DNA of 38,982 nucleotides from an uncultured Verrucomicrobiota bacterium (GTDB lineage: Bacteria; Verrucomicrobiota; Verrucomicrobiia; Limisphaerales; UBA8199): assembly GCA_964531815.1 (NCBI GenBank), contig CAZHEW010000002.1, positions 1-38,982 of the forward strand, written 5' to 3'. This document shows, in pieces, positions 9,538-17,093 of this stretch (positions within the stretch are counted from its first letter, which is position 1; every line of letters begins with the position of its first letter). A program made the translations under genes and the position numbers. The notes under the pieces are model-generated. The model was not told the origin of the DNA, ran no database searches, and worked only from the letters and a program-made list of their open reading frames with translations.

Positions 9538-11298
9538 ATGAACCGCAGAACTGTCCTCAAACAACTGGCCGGCGCCGGTGCGCTGGGCCTGGTCGCCCCC
9601 TCCGCGGCCCTGGCTGCGCCTGGTGCCGCCGCACAGGACCTGCCGCCACCGCTGGCCAAAGACCAAATCCGCTTCTGGCTGGAGACATCTCTGCGGCGCG
9701 TTTACCCCACCTCCCCGCCGGGCAGCGCGCAACCGCTGAAACTGCTCACCGCCCGCGGGGCGCGGCTCTCGTTTCAGGCGTGTTTCCGCAACGACAAAAC
9801 CAATTCGGTGATCATGCGCTGTGAAGTGCTCGGCGCCGACGATTGCCGGCCGGTCGTGCGGCGCGTCGGTTTCGTTCCATTGCGCGCGTTCAACACCTAC
9901 GTGCCCAAAGATGAGCTTGAAGGCGTGGGCTTCATTCCGGGGCTTTGCCCGGACCCGCTGTTCCCGGAAAGCACAGCGCACATCGGCCCTCAGGCCAACG
10001 GCGTATTTTGGATCTCGCTCTTCATTCCAGCCGGCGCCACGCCGGGGACGCGGCAAATCAAGGTCCGCCTCACGCTGGAAAACGAGTTCTCCTACGTGGA
10101 CTGGACCCGCCCAAAGCCCTGGTCGGTGGAGTTGACCGCGATGGTCGAGGTGCGGCCGCTGGTGCTGGAGCCCCGCCGCGACTTCCCGGTGACGAAGTGG
10201 ATCTCGGCCGATTCAATCTGGGAATACTACCAGATCGAGCCGTGCGGGGAACGTTTCTGGCAATTGGCGGACGCCTACATCGGCAACATGGTCGCGCACG
10301 GCTGCGACACGATCTACACGCCCATCTTCAACGCGCGGCACGAAATCCTCGTCCGCCCGGCGCAGTTGCTCCGCGTGCGGCGCTCGGCGCCCGACCGCTA
10401 CGAATTCGACTTCGCCGACGTGCAGCGCTGGGTGCGCATTGCGCTCAAGCACGGGGCGCGGCATCTCGAATTCACCCACTTCTTCACGCCGGCGCCAACC
10501 AGCGGCAAACACCCGCAGCGCATCTTCGAGCGCGGAGAGAAGATCGGCCCGATGCTCTGGCCGCCGGAGAGCAGCGCCACGTCCGACACGTACCGGAAGT
10601 TCCTCGAACAGTTCATCCCGCGCTTCAAGGCGTTCCTGGAGGCGGAGAAGATTCTCGACCGGTCATTCTTTCACTGCGCCGACGAGCCGGACGGCGACGC
10701 GCAGATGGCGGACTACCGCAAAGCCCGCGCGCTGCTCCGGGAACTGGCGCCGTGGATGAAGGTCATGGACGCGATGAGCGACACGCGCTTCGCCACCGAA
10801 CGGTTGTCCGACATGCCGATCCCGAGCATTGTCACGGCGCCGGAGTTCACCAGGGCAGGCTGCCCGGCATGGGCTTACTTCTGCTGCGGGCCGCGCGACT
10901 CCTACGTGCAGCGGTTGCTCGACACGCCGCTGCCCAAGATTCGCATGAGCGGCTGGCTCTTCTACCGGCTGGGCGCAAAGGGATTTCTGCACTGGGGCTA
11001 CAACTACTGGTTCGTCTTCTGCACCGCCCGGATATCCGATCCCTTTCTCGACGCCGCGGTGGGCGCCTGGCCGGGGCTGCCGGCGGGAGATCCCTTCGTG
11101 GTTTATCCGGGAGAGCACGGGCCGATTGACTCCATCCGCTGGGAGGTGTTCGCGGAGTCGCTGCAGGATTACGCGCTGTTGCAGAGCGCCGGCATCAAGC
11201 CGGATGCCCCGCTGCTCTCGCCGATCAGGAGCTACGCGGAATTTCCCAAGAGCCAGGAGTGGCTGCGGCAGGCGCTGGAGCAGGTGCTGCGCAGGTAG
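9538..11298 (+). CDS. DUF4091 / GH123-like glycoside hydrolase family protein (Tat signal), paralog of the upstream gene
   Basis: Start at ATG 9538 gives MNRRTVLKQLAGAGALGLVAPSAALA (twin-arginine motif). The ORF-track start at 9304 overlaps the upstream gene. Collinear similarity to the 7764 gene throughout (FHCADEPD, GFLHWGYNYW, GPIDSIRWEVFAESLQDYALLQSAGI). Confidence 0.6.
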   Translation: MNRRTVLKQLAGAGALGLVAPSAALAAPGAAAQDLPPPLAKDQIRFWLETSLRRVYPTSPPGSAQPLKLLTARGARLSFQACFRNDKTNSVIMRCEVLGADDCRPVVRRVGFVPLRAFNTYVPKDELEGVGFIPGLCPDPLFPESTAHIGPQANGVFWISLFIPAGATPGTRQIKVRLTLENEFSYVDWTRPKPWSVELTAMVEVRPLVLEPRRDFPVTKWISADSIWEYYQIEPCGERFWQLADAYIGNMVAHGCDTIYTPIFNARHEILVRPAQLLRVRRSAPDRYEFDFADVQRWVRIALKHGARHLEFTHFFTPAPTSGKHPQRIFERGEKIGPMLWPPESSATSDTYRKFLEQFIPRFKAFLEAEKILDRSFFHCADEPDGDAQMADYRKARALLRELAPWMKVMDAMSDTRFATERLSDMPIPSIVTAPEFTRAGCPAWAYFCCGPRDSYVQRLLDTPLPKIRMSGWLFYRLGAKGFLHWGYNYWFVFCTARISDPFLDAAVGAWPGLPAGDPFVVYPGEHGPIDSIRWEVFAESLQDYALLQSAGIKPDAPLLSPIRSYAEFPKSQEWLRQALEQVLRR

Positions 11299-11332
11299 CC
11301 GCGGCTGCCGCTGCCCAACGCGCGGCGGGCGG

Positions 11333-13741
11333 TCAGAATGAACCCAGCTCGATGGGGTTCCGCGCGCGGTAGCGCTTGCCGTTGACAACCACGCGCTTCA
11401 GCCCCGTCAGCGGCGGGACATGCAGCACCACTTTTGACGGTCTGACCCGCCACTGACCACTAAAGAGCACCTCGACTTGCCGGCCATCGGCGGATTTCCT
11501 GAACCGGATCGTCGCGGGGCCGCACTTGGTGGGCAGGTTCTCCAGCGCCGTTTCCCGTTCGGCGCTGAGCCACGCCAGCGGGCAGAGCCGCAGCAAGTGA
11601 ATCTCGCCGGGCGCGATCTCGTCGTCGAGCACTGCCAGCCGCGCCATCAGCACCACCGGCGTCCAGAAGATGTTCGCGTGCTGGCCGCCCCGGGACTCGC
11701 ACACCGTGTAGGTCTGCTGCGACATCATGCCGGTGAACTGCGAATACATTCCCTCCAGGAAGCGCTCCCGCTCGCCCAGTTGCCAGGAATGAAACAGGTT
11801 CCAACTATAGCAGCCTTCCCAGCTCGACATCTCGTGCCGGAGCGATGGCACGTGGCTCGACAGCTCCCCGTAGGGGCGATAGAGGGCCGTTGGCGGGCCC
11901 TCCCGAAACCAGGCGACGGCGTCCTTCATCAACGGGTCGCCGGCGTCCATCAAGCCGGCGAAGACCAGGTGCATCGGGCCGGTGTCCAGGTAGGTGATCC
12001 ATCGGTACTGCCAGCCGTTCTCTTTCGCCATTGAATATGGAACCAGCGCGCGTTGCTGGCCGCGAGGATCCCGCCACCTGGGCATGGTGGCCGCCTTGGC
12101 CCGGAAGGCCGCCAGAAACGCCGCTTTGTAGTCCGCGGCTTCCGCCTCGAACTCCGCCGCGCGCGGGTGTCCGGTCTGCTTCAGGAGTTCAACCGCGGTC
12201 CTCAATCCCTTGTATATCCAGCCATCGGTCCAGCATACCTGAGCGCGGGATTCCTCGTCGGAGGCGCCCGCGGGAGGCATCAGGCCGCCCACCCCGCCGT
12301 GGCCCGTGATCCGCCGCGCGTCCCGAATCCACTCGCAGGCTTTGGTAATGACCGGCGTGTATTCTCTGATGAACTCGGGATCGCCGGTTAGCAGCCCGTG
12401 TTGAGCTATGGTCCAGAGAATGGCGCCGTGGTCCGGCAGCCAATTGACAATTGCCACCTTCTGCGGCACGCCGAGGTAGCCGGGATGCGGCCGAAACGCG
12501 GCCCCTGGCGGATTCACCTTTCCCTGGGCATCCTTGAACACCTTGAGGTACTTCTCCACCAGGTCGTGGTAACCCATCGGGTCCAGGAAACCAGCCAGCG
12601 CTATGGAAATCGGCGTCGCCCAGGTCGCGATGCCATAGCCCATCGCGCCGGTCATCACGTAGGTGTCGCCGGTGGCAGGGTCAAGATCGGCGGTGATCTG
12701 GTCGAACTGCAAATTGCGCTTGATGGCCTGGTTAATGTAATCCTCGGGCAGGTCAACCCGCGCCGCTGTGGCCGGCAGCTTCGACCAGAATGCCTCCGCT
12801 TCCTTCAGCGCGCCCTCGTACCCCAGCGCCAGCTCCGTGTCAAACCGCGTCCGTTCCGTCGGCAGCATGGGAATCAGCAGGTCCACCGCCGCGCCCTGCG
12901 TCGGGGCAAGCTGCACATGGAGCACCGAATCATCCGGCGAGGGAAACCCGGTCCGGAACACCGCCTTGCACTCCGCCCCCGGCGCCACGGCCAGGCGCAC
13001 CCTGCCGTCAGGCTCGAGGATGCGGAAGGCTTCGGCGGGGCGATAGCCCGCCGCCTCCGGCTTGAGCTCGCGCTCGTACCTGGGTGATCCGCCGTAGGGC
13101 TTGAGGTTGTGCCGCAGCTCCATCGAGGTGTTGATCGCCAGCCGGTTGATCCTGATCCCGAACCCCACCACCCCCTCCACCGGCATGGCGGGCGAGACCT
13201 GGTGAACGGAAAGCCGGACCCACGCAAAGAGCGGTTCATCGCCCCGCCGCAGTTCCTGTCCGCCGGGCACATGCGCGAAAATCCGCTGGCGCAGCAGGTA
13301 GCCGCCCCACTGCCATTCACTCCGCAGCACCGGCGCGTTGCGGTCTTCCCAGCCCTGCACCACGTCGCCGTAGTCCTCGCGATTCGCGTTGGCAAACGCG
13401 GGAATCCCCTCCGGGCTGGCCGCCGGGATGAACGCAAACTGGGCCCAGGGCTCAGGAATCGGCGGCCGGATGGCGACCGGGTTCTGCGGCCCTTTGTCGA
13501 ACGGGAAGGCGTTTATCAGCGTGCCGTCATGGAGCACGTTGAAGCGGGTGATGTGCGCCTTCCACCCCAGCATCGTCCATTTCTTGGGGAGCTCGGACCA
13601 CCACGTGCGGGCCAGGGAAATGGATGCTTCGGCGTCGGGCGCCGCCGCCAGGTCTTGCGGCGCGATCAGGCAGGCGGCGATTCCCGCGGTGAACCATAAT
13701 CGGATGGAGCTTCGTCTTGATGAGTAGTTCATATTGCGCAT
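11333..13741 (-). CDS. large secreted protein, possibly six-hairpin (alpha/alpha)6 glycosidase-like
   Basis: Start chosen at ATG 13741 (MRNMNYSSRRSSIRLWFTAGIAACLIAPQDLAAAP signal). About 800 aa of non-repetitive, well-behaved composition. The C-terminal half is helix-rich, W/Y-rich and (alpha/alpha)-barrel-like. The fold call is an impression only. Confidence 0.5.
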   Translation of the reverse strand: MRNMNYSSRRSSIRLWFTAGIAACLIAPQDLAAAPDAEASISLARTWWSELPKKWTMLGWKAHITRFNVLHDGTLINAFPFDKGPQNPVAIRPPIPEPWAQFAFIPAASPEGIPAFANANREDYGDVVQGWEDRNAPVLRSEWQWGGYLLRQRIFAHVPGGQELRRGDEPLFAWVRLSVHQVSPAMPVEGVVGFGIRINRLAINTSMELRHNLKPYGGSPRYERELKPEAAGYRPAEAFRILEPDGRVRLAVAPGAECKAVFRTGFPSPDDSVLHVQLAPTQGAAVDLLIPMLPTERTRFDTELALGYEGALKEAEAFWSKLPATAARVDLPEDYINQAIKRNLQFDQITADLDPATGDTYVMTGAMGYGIATWATPISIALAGFLDPMGYHDLVEKYLKVFKDAQGKVNPPGAAFRPHPGYLGVPQKVAIVNWLPDHGAILWTIAQHGLLTGDPEFIREYTPVITKACEWIRDARRITGHGGVGGLMPPAGASDEESRAQVCWTDGWIYKGLRTAVELLKQTGHPRAAEFEAEAADYKAAFLAAFRAKAATMPRWRDPRGQQRALVPYSMAKENGWQYRWITYLDTGPMHLVFAGLMDAGDPLMKDAVAWFREGPPTALYRPYGELSSHVPSLRHEMSSWEGCYSWNLFHSWQLGERERFLEGMYSQFTGMMSQQTYTVCESRGGQHANIFWTPVVLMARLAVLDDEIAPGEIHLLRLCPLAWLSAERETALENLPTKCGPATIRFRKSADGRQVEVLFSGQWRVRPSKVVLHVPPLTGLKRVVVNGKRYRARNPIELGSF

Positions 13742-13871
13742 GGGTGTTGTCAGCCGGCAGGTGAGCTTACCGTGCCGGCCGGCCCTGACGCCAGTCCAGT
13801 CTTGGAACTGGCCGGGCAAGTAACTGCGATTACAGCAGTAGCAGACGGCTGCCACCGTAGCAACACCGTGC

Positions 13872-13984
13872 CTCCTCCGTTGCTCCTCCGTTGCTCCTCC
13901 GTCCTTCCTCCGCCCCTCCTCCGACCGGCGGTGGGAGGTGGAACGGAGGAGGGACGGAGGAGTGACGGTGGTAGGACGGCCAGA
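13872..13984. repeat. 11-nt periodic CTCCTCCG array, five direct units followed by inverted CGGAGGAG units (imperfect long palindrome)
   Basis: CTCCTCCG (one unit TTCCTCCG) starts at 13872, 13883, 13894, 13905 and 13916. CGGAGGAG starts at 13944 and 13955, with degenerate units at 13933, 13966 and 13977. Symmetry centre is near 13927. Confidence 0.8.
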
Positions 13985-14119
13985 GGAGGGGGTATGGCGA
14001 TGGGGGAATTGGACTCACGGCGTCTCCAGTGAGTCCGGATGTCCGAGTCTTGCGCGGCCGCATTATCGGTTCGCCTCCGGCAAGAGGGTGCTGTTAGGTT
14101 GTGCGGCTGAAAGCACACC

Positions 14120-14497
14120 ATGAGCATTGACTGGGAACAACTTGACGCGCTGGCCCGCGAAGAAGTGGAGGCGATATTGGCCGCCCTGCCGGCGCCCCTC
14201 CGCGAGAGGGCGCAGGCGCTGCCGGTCACCTGCGAGCGCCGCCCCAACGCCGCTCATCGTCGGGACGGCATCGAACCGGACACGCTCGGGCTGTTCGTCG
14301 GGCCGGAGTTTGCCTTCGAGGAGACCACCGCCGAGCCTCTGCCGCCGCAGATTATTCTCTACCTCGAGAACCTCTGGGACATGGCCGGGGAGGACGAGGA
14401 AATCTACCGCGAGGAGGTGCGAACCACCTTCCTGCACGAGTTGGGCCACTATCTCGGGTTGGACGAGGAGGATTTGTTCGACCGCGGCCTGGAGTGA
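14120..14497 (+). CDS. metallopeptidase family protein (small zincin, DUF1025-like)
   Basis: HExxH motif in FLHELGHYLGLDEEDL near the C-terminus of a 125-aa acidic protein, the typical architecture of this family. Confidence 0.75.
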   Translation: MSIDWEQLDALAREEVEAILAALPAPLRERAQALPVTCERRPNAAHRRDGIEPDTLGLFVGPEFAFEETTAEPLPPQIILYLENLWDMAGEDEEIYREEVRTTFLHELGHYLGLDEEDLFDRGLE

Positions 14498-14503
14498 GGG
14501 GGG

Positions 14504-15772
14504 CTACGGGAACAACCCCCGGATCCGTTTGGCTTCCTGAACTCGTTTAATGCCGATGGTGAGCGCCGCCTTGCGCATGGGGATCTTCTGCTTGCGGCTC
14601 AGGGTGACGACCTGGGTGAAAGCGCTTTCGAGGATGCGGAACAGCTTGTCCACCACCTCGGTCTCACCCCAGAAAAAGCTCTGCAGGTCCTGCACCCACT
14701 CGAAGTAAGACACCACCACGCCGCCCGCGTTGCACAAGATGTCCGGAATGACGAAGATCTCCGGGCGCTGGTTCAGGATCACGTCGGCTTCGGGGGTAGT
14801 GGGGCCGTTGGCGGCCTCGGCGATGATGCGACACTGGATCTTGCCGGCGTTGTCCGCTGTGATCTGGCGTTCGAGCGCGGCGGGGACCAGGATGCTGCAC
14901 GGCAGCGTCAGCAGTTGTTCATTGGTGATCGGTTCGGCTTCAGGGAAGCCCGCCACGGTCCGGTGGGCGGCCACATGCTTTTCCAGGCCCCACAGGTCCA
15001 GTCCGTTGGGGTTGTGAACTCCTCCGAGCACGTCGGTTACCGCCACAACTTTCACCCCGTAGCGGGCCAGCGAGAGGGCTGCGACCGAGCCGACGTTGCC
15101 AAAGCCCTGGATCGCGGCGGTGGCCTTGCTGATATCCAGCCCGATGGTGTCGGTGGCGCGGTTGACGAGGTAGCCGACGCCGCGGCCGGTGGCTTCGCGC
15201 CGGCCCAGCGAGCCGCCCAGCGCGACGGGTTTGCCCGTCACGATGCTCGGCACGGTGGAGCCAGCATGTACAGAGTAGCTGTCCATCATCCAAGCCATGA
15301 CCTGTTCATTGGTCCCGAGATCGGGCGCCATGACATCCACCTGCGGGCCGATGAACGGGATCATTTCCTGCGTATAACGGCGGGTCAAACGCTCGAGCTC
15401 GGCCTTCGATAGTTTGCTCGGGTCGCAGGCGACGCCGCCTTTGGCGCCGCCATAAGGCAGACCGGTCAGGGCGCATTTCCAGCTCATCCACATCGCCAGC
15501 GCAGCCACCTCGCCCAGAGTCACGTCCGGGTGAAAACGCAAACCGCCCTTGGTTGGGCCGAGCGTCAGGTGGTGCTGCACGCGGTAGCCCGTAAACACCT
15601 GTGTGGACCCGTCATCGCGATGAATCGGCAGCGCAACCGTCAAGGACCGTTTTGGGTACTTCACCCGCTGGCGCTCAGCCTCCGGCATTTGCAGATGATC
15701 TGCCACCAGCTCAAACTGCTGGCACGCCATCCGAAAAGTAGGATGATCATAGATATCCATGCTCCCCATCAT
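14504..15772 (-). CDS. gdhA: Glu/Leu/Phe/Val dehydrogenase, glutamate dehydrogenase
   Basis: Catalytic-lysine region LPYGGAKGGVACDP and NAD(P) Rossmann motif IQGFGNVGS. Start ambiguous (ATG at 15772, 15769 or 15760; the ORF-track start at 15844 is probably too long). Confidence 0.85.
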   Translation of the reverse strand: MMGSMDIYDHPTFRMACQQFELVADHLQMPEAERQRVKYPKRSLTVALPIHRDDGSTQVFTGYRVQHHLTLGPTKGGLRFHPDVTLGEVAALAMWMSWKCALTGLPYGGAKGGVACDPSKLSKAELERLTRRYTQEMIPFIGPQVDVMAPDLGTNEQVMAWMMDSYSVHAGSTVPSIVTGKPVALGGSLGRREATGRGVGYLVNRATDTIGLDISKATAAIQGFGNVGSVAALSLARYGVKVVAVTDVLGGVHNPNGLDLWGLEKHVAAHRTVAGFPEAEPITNEQLLTLPCSILVPAALERQITADNAGKIQCRIIAEAANGPTTPEADVILNQRPEIFVIPDILCNAGGVVVSYFEWVQDLQSFFWGETEVVDKLFRILESAFTQVVTLSRKQKIPMRKAALTIGIKRVQEAKRIRGLFP

Positions 15773-16004
15773 TAGCGCATCGGTCGGCTTTAGGTAAAGT
15801 GAAAATAAGCCGTGCCGTTCAGACAAGTGTGCATCACACTCCACAATCCGTTGGTTAAGACCGGCCCCTTTCAGCCCCCCGTTAACACGCCCTCCAAAGT
15901 CCCCTTTCGCTTCCGAAAAATACTCATTGCTGCCTTGTCCCCGATCTGTTCTACTTCATCTGCTCTTTGACAGCTCCGGTCCTTCCGGGACCGGCCAGAA
16001 CATT

Positions 16005-16150
16005 TTTTCAGCGCCAGGGAACCCCGTGAGAATCGGGGACGGTTGCGCCACTGTATCAGGCTACAAGCTCCTTCAAGCCACTGCGTCAAAGCGCGGGAAG
16101 GCTGGAGCAAGGTTGGAAGCCCCAAGTCAGGATACCGGCTGGAAAGTGCT
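16005..16150 (+). promoter_or_regulatory. cobalamin (AdoCbl/B12) riboswitch aptamer
   Basis: Conserved elements in canonical order: AGGGAA (16016-16021); hairpin cccc-GUGAGAAUC-gggg (16022-16038); GCCACUGU (16047-16054); GCCACUG (16077-16083); GGGAAGGC (16095-16102); B12 box AGUCAGGAUACCGGC (16125-16139). Confidence 0.85.
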
Positions 16151-16246
16151 CATCATAGTCTGCCTTGAGTAAGGCAGGCTCGCTTCTCCGCAAAGAGAAG
16201 GATGAGGCCAGCTCGCCAAACTGTTTTTGGCGGGGGTCGTCGAATG

Positions 16247-16283
16247 CCTTCATTCTCCGTTTTGCGTGAGTGAAGGTTTTTTT
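16247..16283 (+). terminator. intrinsic terminator, probable riboswitch expression platform
   Basis: Stem CCTTCA(tt)CTC / GAGTGAAGG with a 10-nt loop, followed by TTTTTTT (16277-16283). Lies about 100 nt after the aptamer and about 80 nt before the first ORF. Confidence 0.65.
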
Positions 16284-16364
16284 GTTGCCTTTGCTCCGCG
16301 CTGGTCTCTCTGAAATCAACCCCTGTTCCGCCTTCAGCGGCGGAACTTAGAAAGAAGGATCAGT

Positions 16365-17024
16365 ATGCAGAGGATCGTTTGTTTAATGGCAATTAGTTGT
16401 TGTGCGGTGCCGGCTTTGGCCGCGCCGTATTATTTCCAGAGCGCATCGGGTCAGAATGCCTGGATCGAGGTGGATGGCTGGGCCGGTGCCGGCGCCAATG
16501 AAACCATTCTGGTCGTGGACTGGAACTTTATGGGCGGCCCGTACCAAACCGAATCGCATGCCTTTGGTTTCCGCTGGGACGGCACAGCGTATGAATCCGA
16601 CATGCTCGACGCGTTCAATGATGCCGCCATATTTGATGTCACCGCTGGCTACGGCGGTGCATTTCTTTACAACATCGCGTACAACGACGGCACAGATGCG
16701 CACCTGCATATCGAAGAAGGCGGTTGGAATCCGGGCAGCACAGCCAATCCTTACGCGGAATGGGGCGCAATGAGCCCCGACTGGACAAAACTGGGCGAAT
16801 GGGATGCCAATCAGGCCGCCTATGACGCGGAGTTGCTCCAGCATGGCTATCTTGAAGGTATCAATGCAGTGTTTTGGTATGGTGAATATCCGCTTGGACA
16901 AACGTTTGATGATTATCCGCTCGATGTTCCATTTGCGATCATACCCGAACCCTCGGCGCTTGCGCTGTGCACCCTGGGCGGCGGGTTGTTCCTGCTCCGG
17001 CGGAAGCAAACGGCGGCGGCCTGA
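16365..17024 (+). CDS. PEP-CTERM sorting domain-containing secreted protein, Trp-rich uncharacterised domain
   Basis: Signal peptide MQRIVCLMAISCCAVPALA. C-terminal IPEPSALALCTLGGGLFLLRRKQ, i.e. PEP motif + TM + basic tail. AAGGA lies 5 nt upstream of the ATG. The body shares a module with the next gene. Confidence 0.8.
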   Translation: MQRIVCLMAISCCAVPALAAPYYFQSASGQNAWIEVDGWAGAGANETILVVDWNFMGGPYQTESHAFGFRWDGTAYESDMLDAFNDAAIFDVTAGYGGAFLYNIAYNDGTDAHLHIEEGGWNPGSTANPYAEWGAMSPDWTKLGEWDANQAAYDAELLQHGYLEGINAVFWYGEYPLGQTFDDYPLDVPFAIIPEPSALALCTLGGGLFLLRRKQTAAA

Positions 17025-17093
17025 GACGTTTTGGAAAGGACATTTCCAAGCCTGTCGAGTTACTCTCTACAGGCTCAACTGATTGGAGGCAGC

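Noticed and set aside
13872-13984. Considered whether the periodic array is a CRISPR array.
   Set aside because: The unit is only 11 nt with no unique spacers, the orientation flips midway, and there are no cas genes in the window.
13750-14247. ORFs of 61-165 aa crossing the CTCCTCCG array (Pro/Leu/Arg/Gly repeats such as PPPLLLRCSSVLPPPLLRP).
   Set aside because: Their repetitive peptides are a direct by-product of the 11-nt DNA repeat. They overlap the start of the zincin gene or the upstream region of the 800-aa gene.
15975-16008. Hairpin CCGGTCC-ttcc-GGGACCGG followed after 8 nt by TTTTTT on the + strand, just upstream of the riboswitch, with a TTGACA hexamer at 15967-15972.
   Set aside because: There is no + strand gene upstream to terminate, and the gap between stem and T-run is long for an intrinsic terminator. 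I found no -10 element at proper spacing from TTGACA. It could be part of the promoter or leader of the riboswitch transcript, but I cannot support a specific call.
16086-16319. 77-aa ORF on the - strand in the gdh / PEP-CTERM intergenic region.
   Set aside because: It overlaps the riboswitch B12 box and expression platform. It has no motif and is better explained as structured RNA on the + strand.
17025-17093. 7-bp hairpin AGCCTGT...ACAGGCT between the first two genes of the riboswitch operon.
   Set aside because: It is a short stem with no U-tract, probably an ordinary intercistronic structure. This is not enough to call a terminator or processing site.
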